NCBI RefSeq assembly: GCF_964194155.1
Contig: NC_135901.1
Span: 21,080,001 to 21,144,000, forward strand
Length of the DNA: 64,000 nucleotides
Reading direction: 5' to 3'
Source of the DNA: Cetorhinus maximus
Taxonomy: Eukaryota
A model generated the notes under the pieces. That model was not told the origin of the DNA. It worked only from the letters and a program-made list of their open reading frames with translations, and ran no database searches. Positions 11,780-23,483 of the stretch are shown piece after piece; position 1 is the stretch's first letter; each line of letters opens with the position of its first letter. The position numbers were made by a program, and so were the translations under genes.

Positions 11780-12440
11780 ATGATCATGTGGTAAAAGGCT
11801 GCAGACTGCTCGTGAAGGAAAAGGAGGGATAGTTTATCTTTGTCACAATCACATAGGATGTCATCTGTGATTTTAAGAAGAGTTCGGTCCAGTGATAGAG
11901 GGGCAGAAATCTGATTGGAGGGATTGAAACATGGATTTCCAGGAAAGATGGGAATGGATTTGGGAGGTGACAAAATGTTCTCAGACTTTGGAGACAAAAG
12001 GGAGGTTAGAGGTGGGACAGAGGTTTGCAAGAATGGTGGAGTCAAGGGTTTGTTTTGAGGAGTGGCCTGATGATGGCAGATTTCGAGGTAACTGGCACAG
12101 TATTTGAGAGAGAGAAAACTATTAACAATATCAGATGACATGGGGAGTTTGGGTGGTCAGTAGGTTAGTGAGAATAAGATTGAGGGAAGAAGAGGTGGGT
12201 TTCATGGTCACGATGAGCAGTGGGAAGGCATGAGAGGAGATGGGAAAGTAAGTGGAGAAAGATGTGTTTAGGGCTAGGAAAAGGGTAACTTTGGAGACAG
12301 TTCAGCCCAGTGGCCATTGGAAGAGAGGGAAGCAGAAGAGGCAGCTGATTGGATTGTCTCAATCTTAGTGACAAAGAAGCTCCATGAGATCTTCACACTT
12401 GTTGTTGGAGGTGAGGATAGAGGAGGCAGGGGAGAGGGAG
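11780..12440 (-). mobile_element. L2-like LINE RT fragment
   Basis: LLKITDDILCDCDK.KLSLL.L...SAAF motif; homologous to 22960-23480 and 33890-34190. Confidence 0.75.
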
Positions 12441-12508
12441 AGCCCTTCAAAAGGAACTAAAGTGTTAGGTATATTAAAAAGACTTGACACTGTGTGTGTT
12501 TAACACAA

Positions 12509-13526
12509 ATTATGCAAAAAATGTCTAATTTCATGAACAATACATTTTAGGAATGCAACTGTTAGTTTGGGGGATTGAAGTTTTTAAAAATAAGATAAGG
12601 AAGCACTTGGTTTTGGAGGTTAGTACACAGACCAAACGTGATTGTAACCCAAAAGATGAACAGAGTTTATTTAATAAGGTTACAGTTCGAGGTAAGAGGA
12701 CAATAAACAAGAGGTGGTTCTTCCTCAGCTTCAGAATAGTCAGTGAGTCTAGTAAGATGACAGTTGTTGCTTTTAGAGATATAAATTCTTCATGTAATTT
12801 TCCAGATCATGGAAAGGTTGGAAAGCAACTGGTAAACAAAAGAAGGTCTTAACGTATCTGTATACCTTTCAGATCAAAGGACAGATTTAGAATTGTGGAT
12901 GATTGATTTGAATCTCTATCTGGGACATGTAGATAGATTACAGGGAGCAATTTTTATGTATCTTGTTTTGGGTTGACCTTTGTGTTTTCTTGCAGACACA
13001 GGCAGTTTACGTCTGGAGCGGAATAGCTTGGAAACAGGCAGCTAGCGGAAGCTGTCAGGAGCTTCTAAGCAAGAAGACAGTGAAGCCGATGCTTGAGCTG
13101 GGGTATCCACAGACATGAGGGGCTTAAGAGACTTGGAGTGTAACCTGGCTGAATGCTAGTGAAGGTGCCCAACAAATCTCATACCTGAGAGAATAGCAGG
13201 AATACAGAGGAGAAGCCAAGTCAATTCCTGATAGCTTTGGCACACCTTGGTTTGGACCCAGGAGAACTGAATGAACCCTCAAGATGTGGAAAGTATAGGG
13301 GAATTCAGGTGAAATATAATTAAAACAGAAAGTGACCATTAAGTTTTCAGGCTGAAAGAATAAGTGTTTGTAAAATGTAGTTTTAAGTTACTAGTACTTT
13401 GTTTAATTCTTGTACAGTAAAGATTTTTCTTCAAAACATAAAGCCTTGTGCTGTAATTTTTTCAGTTAACAACTGGGAGTTTGAATTTCTTTTTAAAACT
13501 TAATGGCCTCCCTTGAGATAAGAACA
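12509..13526. mobile_element. about 1 kb solo-LTR-like insertion in the ZNF copy 3 3' flank
   Basis: Absent from the paralogous sequence at 34245-34260. Homologous to 43356-44439 and ends ...AACA. Confidence 0.6.
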
Positions 13527-13649
13527 GCAAGATGATTTATTTGACTTTTATCTAGAATATAAGGGCTGGAGTTTGTTAATATCAGCAGAAATAGGTCCCA
13601 AATGAACATGGTTCAGTCCTAGATATGACGTAAATCAAAATCCAATCAC

Positions 13650-14270
13650 TTATTGTTTGTGAACTCGCTGGTGCCTCAGTAGGTTGGATGAACAAGTAAA
13701 CCTCACCCCACAAATGGTGCAGGTGAACGGCTTCTCTCTAGTGTGAACTCTCTGGTGTCGCACCAGACAGGATGATCGAGTGAATCCCTTCCCACACACT
13801 GAACAGGTGAACGGTCTCTCTCCAGTGTGAATTCGCTGGTGTACAGTGAGTTGAGATGATCGGCGGAAACCAGTCCCACAGTGAGGGCACCTAAACGGTC
13901 TCTCGTCAGTGTGAACACGCTGATGCGTCATCAGCTCCCCAGAACTTTTATAGCACTTTCTGCAGTCAGGACATTTAAAAGGTCTCTCGTCAGTGTGACT
14001 GCGCTGGTGTTGCAGCAGGTTGGGTAAATTAGCAAATTCCTTCCCACACAAGGAGCAGGTGAACGGTCTCTCCCCAGTGTGGCTACGTCGATGAGTTTCC
14101 AACTCAAATGGATAATTACATCTCTTCCCACACTCACCACATTTATATGGCTTCTCCCCGGTGTGACTTCGCTTGTGTCTCGACAGGCTAGATGATTGGC
14201 TGAATTCTCGTCCACACACAGAACACATGTATGATTTCTCTCGGCTGAAAATGCTGCTTTTTCCTTCCAT
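13650..14270 (-). CDS. C2H2 zinc-finger protein, 7 fingers (ZNF copy 3)
   Basis: ATG of MEGKS at 14270 in context AACATGG; 7 intact fingers; ends HQRVHKQ*. Confidence 0.88.
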   Translation of the reverse strand: MEGKSSIFSREKSYMCSVCGREFSQSSSLSRHKRSHTGEKPYKCGECGKRCNYPFELETHRRSHTGERPFTCSLCGKEFANLPNLLQHQRSHTDERPFKCPDCRKCYKSSGELMTHQRVHTDERPFRCPHCGTGFRRSSQLTVHQRIHTGERPFTCSVCGKGFTRSSCLVRHQRVHTREKPFTCTICGVRFTCSSNLLRHQRVHKQ

Positions 14271-14734
14271 GTTCAAAACCCTACGATATTCAGGTTCGGA
14301 TAAATTGGGCGATTCTGTCAGGTCCTGATGAGATGTTCGAGTTTCTTGACTGCAAATCATTCTCTTCTAATGCCCTGTGAAATTGATTTAAAAAGCGGAT
14401 GTGAGAGAATCCACAAAAACACAAAGGTAAGTTGTGAAATTGAGCTGAATGAATCTGGTAATTTGTGGGACTGGAACTTGGAAATTGTGAACAAGAAAGC
14501 TGCTCGGTTGTTATAAAAACCTGCTACCCGTTCTGGACCTACACGAGAATCTAGTCTCTATGGGAAGGCAGGGAGAAAGAGACAGGTGAAGGAGAGGGAT
14601 TTTAGATTTCTCCAACAAAACCAGAAGCTTGGCAGAACCTCCCAAGCCTTCAACTTCCAGCACCTAGAAGGACCAGAGTAACAGGTGTGTGCAAACACCA
14701 TCACCTCCAATCACCCCTCCAAGTCACACATCGT

Positions 14735-15150
14735 GCTGACTTATCTGACATCCAGGACTGGATGAACAGAAGTTGCTTCCATTTAAATATTGGGAAGACT
14801 GGAGCCATTGTCCTCAAACTCCACTCCCCAGTCACACACTTCATCTCATTCCCAGGTAACTGTCTGAGGTTGGATATATCAGCTCACAATCTTGGTCATA
14901 TTTCAGCTGAGCTTCTGACCAAATATCTGTGACATCACAAAGACGGTCTGTTTCCACTTCAGTGACATCACACACCCTTGCCCCTGCTTCAGCTCATCTG
15001 CTCTGAAACTCTCATCCATTCCTTTGTTACCTCTGGACTTCACAATTCTAATATGCTCCCAGCCGGCCTCCCACATTCAATCACCTATAAACCTCAGATC
15101 ATCCAAAACACTGCTGCCTGTGTGCTTACCCCTAGTCTTGTTCAACCATC
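14735..15150 (+). mobile_element. L2-like LINE 3' RT fragment
   Basis: LSDIQDWM...LNIGKT, ETLIHSFVTS.L..SN..PAGLP and QIIQNTAA; homologous to 35860-36270. Confidence 0.75.
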
Positions 15151-15279
15151 ACCAGTATTCTTTTTTATTCTTTAATGAGCTGTGGGTGTTGCTGGCTAGA
15201 CCAGCATTTATTGCCCATCCTAATTGCTCTCCCTTGAGAAGATGGTGGTGAGCTCCCTTCTTAATCCTCTGCAGTGTCT

Positions 15280-15432
15280 GGTCTGGCCTACACATGATTC
15301 CAGACACACAGCAATGGGGTTGACTCTTAACTGCCCTCTGAAATGACCGAGCAAGCGACTCAGCTCAAGGGCAATTAGGGATGGGCAAAAAATGCTGATC
15401 TTGCCAGTGATGCCCACATCCCATAAAATAAT
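15280..15432 (+). mobile_element. SINE-like 3' portion with LINE-derived tail
   Basis: GGTCTGGCCTAC...GGTTGACTCTTAACTGCCCTCTG followed by the AAGGGCAATTAGGGATGGGC tail. Related central parts at 14440-14545, 21050-21215 and 35525-35680. Confidence 0.55.
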
Positions 15433-16279
15433 ACATTTAAAAAAGCTTGTCGATGGAGAAGCTGTATCAAAGGCACTATATAAATGCAAGTTAATGTTGT
15501 TGACTTGGATATTCGACACCATGGGTGAAAATCCAGTAACTCCTCACCTAACAGCACCATAAGAGCACCTTCTTCAATGTGCTTCAAGAAGAAGGTCCAC
15601 CAACATTTTCTTAATTAGTCACCGGTGATTAACAAACATGTTATCATACTAATGATACCCACAACCCCAAAATAAAATAAAATGTCTGCAATAAAAGCTC
15701 CTGCAGAAATACTTGTTCCTGAAACAATACTCTTTTACACTGAATGAAAAATGTCCATTCAGCAACTGAATATCCCTTAGAATCCAGCTCCCTTGATAAT
15801 CCCACACCAGGAATTGTTGGACCCTCTTCCTCTCAATAGGACTCGAGGTTAAACCCAACAGCTTCTCCTCTATCTCTAGTCCAACTCAAACTGAAACGAC
15901 TAGAAAACCTGGACCTATAGGTTTCTGGACTCGAAAGACGTCAATGGGTATGGGGAGAGAGCGGGAGCACGGCTTTGAGATAGAGGATCAGCCATGGTCA
16001 TATTGAACAGCGGAGCAGGCTCGAAGGGCCGAATGACTCATTCCTGCTCCTACTTTCTATGTTCCTACAGAGGGCGACTTCCTCATCCACCCTCCACTCT
16101 AATGCAAAACGGCTCCTATGTTTCTGGATTCGGTTCTATAAAACAACAGCAAAAATCTGCGGAAATTGGAAATCTGAAATAAGAGAAAATGTTGGAAATA
16201 CCCAGCAGTTCCGGCAGTATCTGAGCAAAGAGAGAGAGAGTTAATGTTTCAGGTCTCTGACCTTCCGTCAGTCTGTAAT

Positions 16280-16750
16280 AAACCCCTTCCCTCCAGCCGC
16301 TGTCTGATGTCCCCCAGCCCCCAGCCGCTCTCACCCAGGCTCCGAAAGCCAAACTCGCTCTCATTGAGGCTGCGCTCCAGCCCGCTCAGCCTGGAGCCGC
16401 ACTGCGCATGCTCCACTAAGCCTGGAGCCGCACTGCGCATGCTCCGCTCAGACAGGCGGGCTCCAGGGGGCGGTGGCGAGTAATGGCGATGGGGAGACGG
16501 TTATCTTTCGGATCCACAATCGGTAGGAGTATTCCTGTTAGAGGGGGGTGATGGATCCGGCAGGCTAGCAGAGAGGCTTCAAAAACATGTTCTGTAAACC
16601 GCAAACCCTAAAAGAAAACTTAACGGTCCTTAGCTTGTACCGAGGGCGATCCGAGCTTCCAGCGAAAGGCCCGAGTTAACGGCCGTCATCTTTATTGGGG
16701 GCGATGTGCAGCAGTGCGCATGCGCCATCTCCATCTTTGTCGGGGGCAAT
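16280..16750. promoter_or_regulatory. CpG-island bidirectional promoter between ZNF copies 3 (-) and 4 (+)
   Basis: Two tandem 31-bp units containing TGCGCATGCT (16388, 16419) and TGCGCATGCG at about 16715. Candidate donors GTGAGA (minus, about 16335) and GTAGGA (plus, about 16523). Confidence 0.7.
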
Positions 16751-16789
16751 GTTTTTAATGAATGGAGCTTGTTACCCATTGTTCAAAGT

Positions 16790-18385
16790 AACATAGAAAC
16801 TAGTAGCAGGAGTAGGCCATTGGGCCCTTCGAGCCTGCTCCGCCATTCATTATGATCATGGCTGATCATCGAGCTCTATAGCCTTCTCCCGCTTTCTTCC
16901 CGTATCCTTTGATCCCTTTTGCCCCAAAAGCTATATCTCACTCCTTGACAACATACAATATTTTGGTCTCAACTACTTTGTGGTAACGAATTCCACAGGC
17001 TCACTACTCTGGGTGAAGAAATTTCTTCTCATCTCAGTCCTGAATGGTGTACCCCAAATCCTCAGACTGTGACCCCTGGTTCTGGACTCCCCCACCATCG
17101 AGAACATCCTTCCTGCATTTACCCTGTCTAGTGTTAGAATTTTATAGGTTTTTATGAGATTCCCCCCTCATTCTTCTGAACTCCAGCGAATATAATCCTA
17201 ATCGACTCAATCTCTCCTCATATGTCAGTCCTGCCATCCCAGGAATCAGTCAGGTAAACCTTCGCTGCATTCCTTCGATGGCAAGTGCATCCTTCCTCAG
17301 ATAAGGATCTGCACCCAATATTCCAGGTGTGGTCTCACCAAGGCCCTGTACAATTGCAGCAAGCCTGTATGGTTCCTGTACTCGAATCTTCTGGCTATGA
17401 AGGCTAACATACCATTTGCATTCTTTACCGCCTGCTGTACCTGCATGCTTACCTTCAACGACTGGTGTAAAAAGACACCCAGGTCTCGTTGCACATTCCC
17501 CTCTCTCAATTTATAGCCATTCAGATAATAATTTGCCTTCCTGTTTTTGCTACCAAAATGGATAACCTCACATTTATCCACATTATACTGCATCTGCCAT
17601 GCATTTGCCCACTCACTCAGCTTGTCCAAATCACACTGAAGCATCGCTGCATCCTCTTCACAGCTCACCATCCCACCCAGCTTTGTGTCAGGTGCAAATT
17701 TGGAAATATTACATTTAATTCCCTCATCTAAATCATTAATATATATTGTGAATAACTGGGGTCACAGTTCCGATCCCTGCGGTACCCCACTAATCACTGC
17801 CTGCCATTCAGAAAAAGACCCGTTTATCTTCCTACTCTTTGTGTCCTGTCTGCCAACCAGTTTTCTATCCATCTCAATACGCTACCCCAATCCCATGCGG
17901 TTTAATTTTACATGCCAATCTCTTACATGGGACTTTGTCAAAAGCCTTCTGAAAGTCCAAATAAACCACATCAACTGGCTCCCCCTCATCAACTCTACTC
18001 GTTACATCCTCGAAAAACTCCAGTAGATTTGTCAAGCATGATTTTCCTTTCATAATTCCACGCTTACTCTGTCCGATTCTGCCACTGTTTTCCAAGTGCT
18101 CAGCTATTAAATATTTTATAATGGACTCTAGAATTTTCCCCATTACCGACGTCAGGCTGACTGGTCTTTAATTCCCTGTTTTCTCTCTGCCTCCCTTTTT
18201 AAATATTGGGGTTACATTAGCTACCCTCCAATCTGTAGGAACTGTCCCAGAGTCTATAGAACTTTGGAAGATGACCACCAATACATCCACTATTTCAAGG
18301 GCCACTTCCCTAAGTACTCTGGGATGTAGATTATCAGGTCCTGGGGATTTATTGGCCTTCAATCCCATCAATTTCCCCAACACCA
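16790..18385 (-). mobile_element. CR1 LINE, 5'-truncated, with 3' UTR
   Basis: KSPGPDNLHPRVL, SCLTNLLEFFEDVT, DFQKAFDKVP and LVRPHLEY; CR1 3' end at about 16790. Confidence 0.95.
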
Positions 18386-18819
18386 GAATGTTAGAATGAT
18401 GACAATTTGTCCATCAAACTGCATTGCCCTTTGAGTCCCAAAGTATTATTCATGAGGGAGAGCGACAGCAGAGAAGGAAAGGATAGGAACCAAATCCTGC
18501 TCTCCTACCTTGTGGGACTTCCCACCCCATGTGTCCAATGATCTGAGGGTCTGTTCAGTTATATGAACCCCAACAGCAGAAACTCACGACCCTGAGTACA
18601 CATCATCCTCGAATCGAGGGACTGCTGACGACGATGAGGGGCAATGTGCAGCATGGGCTGTCATCACTGTCTGGGTAGCAGGAGGAGCGAATATTGAGTC
18701 ATACAGACTCGAAACGTTAACTGTGTTCCTCCCCACAGATGCTGTCAGATCTGCTGAGTTTTTCCAGCTATTTTTGTTTTTGTGAATTTCTATCCTGGGC
18801 TGAAAGGGATGGATATTGG

Positions 18820-19050
18820 AAACTCTTTTTACAGGGGGTTAGAAGGGGAGGATTTACACAGAATAAACTCAAACGAAGAGAAATGTCTTTTTTGAATTTC
18901 TATCCTGGACTGACAGTAATGCATTTGTAAACGTCTTTAAAAGGGTATTTGAAGAGGATTTTCAGATGGGAAACTCAAACCAAATATTGCATCCAGATCT
19001 GACAGCATCACTCGATTCATCAGGACCTGGATATTATCGGCTTTTGAGTG
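18820..19050 (+). other. tandemly duplicated ZNF exon-start block without fingers
   Basis: Two copies of TTTACAGG..TTAGAAGGGGAGGATTT..AAACTCAAAC (about 18825 and 18935), followed by CR1 DNA rather than fingers. Mirror copy at 37270-37375. Confidence 0.6.
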
Positions 19051-19380
19051 TAAGCATTGATTTCCCAGTCATTAACGCTCACTATGTAAAATCTCTCCTT
19101 CACAATCCCCTGTACATCTTGTCTAACATCTTGAATCTATGCCCGTAATCCTTTTACAATAAGGTAATGGGAACAATTTTTCTTTATGTACCTTATCTAA
19201 AACCTATTATAAACTTGTACACCTTTATCAAATCACCCCTCAGTCTCCTTTGCTCCAAGGACAACAAGCCCAGTTTCTCCAAACTAATCTTGCAACTAAA
19301 ATCCCTGATCCCTGGAACTATTCTGGTGAATCTCCTCTGCACCCTCTCAAGGCCACTCACATCCTTCATAATGTGTGGTG
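19050..19380 (-). mobile_element. CR1 3' fragment
   Basis: Antisense of the ERVQRRFTRMVPG / LFSLEQRRLRGDL region; mirror copy at 36925-37270. Confidence 0.8.
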
Positions 19381-20554
19381 ATCACTGGTTTGCACAGACC
19401 CAGATGTTCTGTGTTCGTGTCTGTGATGTCATCACACACCGACAATTGCACAGTGACATCACCCCGCTCCCCGGGTATTTCCTCAACTGGGAGATTTTTC
19501 TTTGACTCCAGTGTTTCTGATATCTTTCCAACTGCAGGCTCCAGCGGGAGATTTTAACCCTGAAAATTTAAATTGTTACAGATGTGAGCATTTCTGACCA
19601 TCTACAATTTAGAGCTGTTAGTGCTATGCTTTGTTATCTGTGTGAGGTTCCATGGCTCTGGGGCTGGTGTGGCTCCTTTATTGTGGATCTGAATCCATGT
19701 CCATCCATTGCTCTGTTTCACCTCTGCCCTCCCTGATCACCTCTCTGCCATTCTTTAACTTCCTCTGTACTAATAACGAATGTATTTTAGTTGTGTTTAG
19801 TATTTTACTGTTACTTCTGCCGACCATGTCTAAATGAGGTTCCCACCGCTGCCCATCCCCCAACCATGTGCTGCTGACTTCCCAGCTTTATCTTCCCACA
19901 ATATCTTTCACAGTCAGGAATTGTTTTTCTTGCACTGTGGTCCATTTCTCTTCCACTTCTGAGCTTATATCGGCCATCAAACTCTGCGCCGTTTTTATTT
20001 CCTGTAGCTCATTCTACACCCTCTGAAACGTTAACTCTGTTTCTCTCTTCACAGATACTGCCTGACCTGCTGAGTATATCCAGCATTTGCTCTTTTTGTT
20101 TCAGATTTGCAGCAGCTGCAGTATTTTGCTATTATTTTATTGCAGGCTTCACTCACAAAACAGAGTCTAGAAATACATGGGGACCAATTAAGAGTTGGTT
20201 TGTTGCTGGGTAGGCTTTGGTTGTAGCAGTTCGTCGCTGGCCTCCAGCTTTGGTCCTTTTTCATCGAGTCAAATAATCACTGAAGGATTCCAATACAGAC
20301 GGAGGCTATTCAGCCCATTGTGCCCGTGCTGGCTCTCTGCAAGAGCAAATCAGCTAGTCCCACTCCCCTGCCCTTTCACTAGCTAGACCAGCAGCAGATA
20401 TCACCCATCCCCAGTTACTGTGGAGAAGATGATGTTTAACGTTCTTGAACCGCTGCAGTCCGTGTGGTGAAGGTGCTCCCACAATAATGGTAGGTAAGCA
20501 GTTACAAGTTATTCACAATTGATGATGAAGGAGCAGTGATATATGTCCAAATCA

Positions 20555-20910
20555 TCAGCAACAGTTTGTATTTATGTAGCACCTGTCATCTAATGGAACA
20601 TTCCAAGGTGTTTTACAGGAGTGTGATAAAGCAACATTTGACAGCAAGTCACATAAAGAGATATCCGGGCAGATGACCAAAAGTTTGGTCAAAGAGGTAG
20701 GTTTTCAGGAGTATCTTAATAAGGAAAATGATGTGGAGAGGCTGCAGGGAGGAAATTGATTTGCTTACAGCCTTGGCAGCTGAAGGCAGGGGTAATTAAA
20801 TCGGAAATGTTCAGATATCTTGGAGGACTGAGGTTGGAGGAGATTATGGAGTTAGGGAGAGGTGAGACACCAGAGGGAGTTGAATAGATGTTGAGAATTT
20901 CAAAGTTTAG
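20555..20910 (-). mobile_element. L2-like LINE 3' end
   Basis: Antisense L2-type 3' tail (TTTGTATTTATGTAGCACC...) plus degenerate C-terminal coding sequence. Confidence 0.6.
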
Positions 20911-21378
20911 GTTTTGGAGATTCTGTCAAAGCTCTGATTGAGTTGTAGATACAAAAAAATCTCTCTCTTTCACCCCCTGTCTCCCCCGTCTCTCTCTCCC
21001 TCTCTCTCTCTCTTACTCGCTCGCTCTCTATCTCTCATCCCCAAGTGGCCAGAGCCTTGTGTAGGCCCAGACTTGGTGGCAGATTCCCTTCCCTGAAGGA
21101 CATTAGCAAACCTGTTAGGTTTTTATGACAATCCATCAGCTTTCATGGTCACTTCTTCCTCGTACCGGCCCCGCAAATTACCAGATTCATTCAGCTCATT
21201 TTCACAACCTGGCTTTGTGTTTTTGTGGGTTCTCTCTCACTCTCTTTTTCTCTGTTTTAAACCAATTTCACAGGATGTTAGAAGCGGAGGATTTGCAGGA
21301 AACTCAAACTTAACATCACTTCAGAACCTGACAGATTCAAGCAGCATATTGTAACCTGAATATCATCAGATTTTGAAC

Positions 21379-22464
21379 ATGGAAGGAAAAAGCATTCACA
21401 GTGGAGCGAAACCGTACATGTGTTGTGTGTGTGGTCGAGGCTTCAGACAGTCATCTAGCCTGTCAAGACACAAGCGCGGTCACACCAGGGAGAAACCGTG
21501 GAAATGTGGCGACTGTGAGATGGGATGCAGAACCCCATCTGAGCTGGAAACTCATCGGCGCAGTCACACTGGGGAGAGACCATTCACCTGCTCTGAGTGT
21601 GGGAAGGGATTCATTAATTCTTCCAATCTACTGACACACCAGCGAGTTCACACAGGGGAGAGACCATTTACCTGCTCCGAATGTAGGAAGAACTTCACTT
21701 CCTCATCCACCTTGCTGACACACAAGCGGGTTCACACTGGGGAGAGACCTTTTAAATGCCCAGACTGCGGGAAATGCTATAAAAGTTCCTGGGAACTGAT
21801 GTCCCATCAACGTGTCCACACTGATGAGAGACCATTCAGGTGCACTCATTGTGGGTCTGAGTTCAAGACATTATCTGACCTTACTGTACACCGGCGCACT
21901 CACACTGCAGACAGACTGTTCACCTGCTCTGAGTGTGGGAAGGGATTCATCCGTTCATCCAACTTGTTGGAACACCAACGGGTTCACACTGGGGAGAGAC
22001 CGTTCACCTGCTCCGAATGTGGGAAGGGATTCACTCAGTCATCTAGCCTGTTGAAGCACAAGCGAGTTCACACTGGGGAGAGGCCGTTCACCTGCTGCGT
22101 GTGTGGGAAGGGATTCACTCAGTTGTGCAGCCTGCAGAAACACCAACGAGTTCACACTGGGGAGAGACCGTTCACTTCCATTGAACATGGGAAGAGAGTC
22201 ACTCAATCATCCAGCCTGCTGATGCACCAGGGAGCCTGCACTGGGAAGAGGCCATTTACCTGCTCTGAATGTGGGAAGGAATTCACTCGGTCCTCCCAGC
22301 TGCTGGCACACCAGAGAGTTCACACTGGGGAAAGGCTGTTCAGCTGCTCAGAGTGTGAGAAAGGGTTCACTCAGTTCTCCAGCTTGCTGAGACACCAGCG
22401 AGTTCACAAAGATGAGAGATCTTTTAAGTGCCCAGAAAATGGTATAAAAGTTTCCAGGAACTGA
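21379..22464 (+). CDS. C2H2 zinc-finger protein, 11 intact and 1 degenerate finger (ZNF copy 4)
   Basis: MEGKS start (AACATGG). A frameshift in finger 13 ends the ORF; decayed fingers continue to about 22735. Confidence 0.85.
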   Translation: MEGKSIHSGAKPYMCCVCGRGFRQSSSLSRHKRGHTREKPWKCGDCEMGCRTPSELETHRRSHTGERPFTCSECGKGFINSSNLLTHQRVHTGERPFTCSECRKNFTSSSTLLTHKRVHTGERPFKCPDCGKCYKSSWELMSHQRVHTDERPFRCTHCGSEFKTLSDLTVHRRTHTADRLFTCSECGKGFIRSSNLLEHQRVHTGERPFTCSECGKGFTQSSSLLKHKRVHTGERPFTCCVCGKGFTQLCSLQKHQRVHTGERPFTSIEHGKRVTQSSSLLMHQGACTGKRPFTCSECGKEFTRSSQLLAHQRVHTGERLFSCSECEKGFTQFSSLLRHQRVHKDERSFKCPENGIKVSRN

Positions 22465-22959
22465 TCTCCCATCAACGTTCACACTGACAAGAGACCATTC
22501 AGGTGGTCTCACTGCCAAAATGGATTCAGGAAATCACCTGGACACTCTCTGCACCAGTGAGTTCACCTGGGGAAAGTCCATTCACCTGCTCTGAATGCAG
22601 GAAGGAATTTTCCCATTCATCCACCCTGCTCTCATACCAGCGATTTCACACCAGGGAGAGGCTCTTTATCATCTCTGAATGTGGGAAGGGATTTGCTTAT
22701 TTATCCAATCTGCTAAGTCACCAGTGAGCTTAGAAATAATTATATTGAATAGGATTTTGCAGTTCATCACATCTAGTACTGAACCATGTTCATTGGGCTA
22801 TTTCTGCTCATGTTATAGGTGTTAATATTAGGGACAAAAGTCAAATAAAACATCTTTGTGTTAAATACAGTGTATTGAGTGTTTTTAATATTTCTAACAC
22901 AAGTTAGTTCCTTTTGTCGATCTTCCCCTTCCCCCGTCTCCTTGAGAACATCTGATCAG

Positions 22960-23480
22960 CTGCTTCCCTCCCACTAGCCCACTGGGCCAAACTGCCTTTC
23001 AAGGTCCCCCTTACCATAGCCCTGAACTCACAGCTTCCTTTAGTTTCTCTCCTATGTCCCCTCATGCCATCTCATGAGACCCACCTCCTTCTCAATCGAC
23101 CCTATTCCCACTAAACTCCTGATACCCCAATTTTCCCATATTAGCTGATACTGTTGATGGTTCTCTCTCTCTCATTCTTATTTTACTGTCCCTCTCGCCT
23201 TTAAATCCACAATTTTCACCCATCCTCAAAATAAAATTCTCACAAACTACTGCCCCATCTCCGACCAACCTTTCCTCTCAGAAGTCCTTGTCATCTCCGA
23301 GATCCATGCCTGTCGTTCCAGGAATTCCATTTTTGAATCTCTCCAATAATGTTTCTCATCCTGCCACAGCACTGAAACAGCTCTTTCTTAAAGTAACAAA
23401 TTACATCCAACGTGACTATGACAAGGGTAAATTCTCCCTCATTGTCCTTCTTGGCCTGTCCACAGTCTTTGACACCACTG
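22960..23480 (+). mobile_element. L2-like LINE RT fragment
   Basis: DPIPTKLL, NYCPIS..PFLS, STET.L.KVTN.I and LIVLLGLSTVFDT. Confidence 0.8.
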
Positions 23481-23483
23481 AGT

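Noticed and set aside
19387-19470. Recombination-signal-like CACAGTG heptamer
   Set aside because: No nonamer at 12 or 23 bp spacing, and the heptamer is not conserved in the duplicate.
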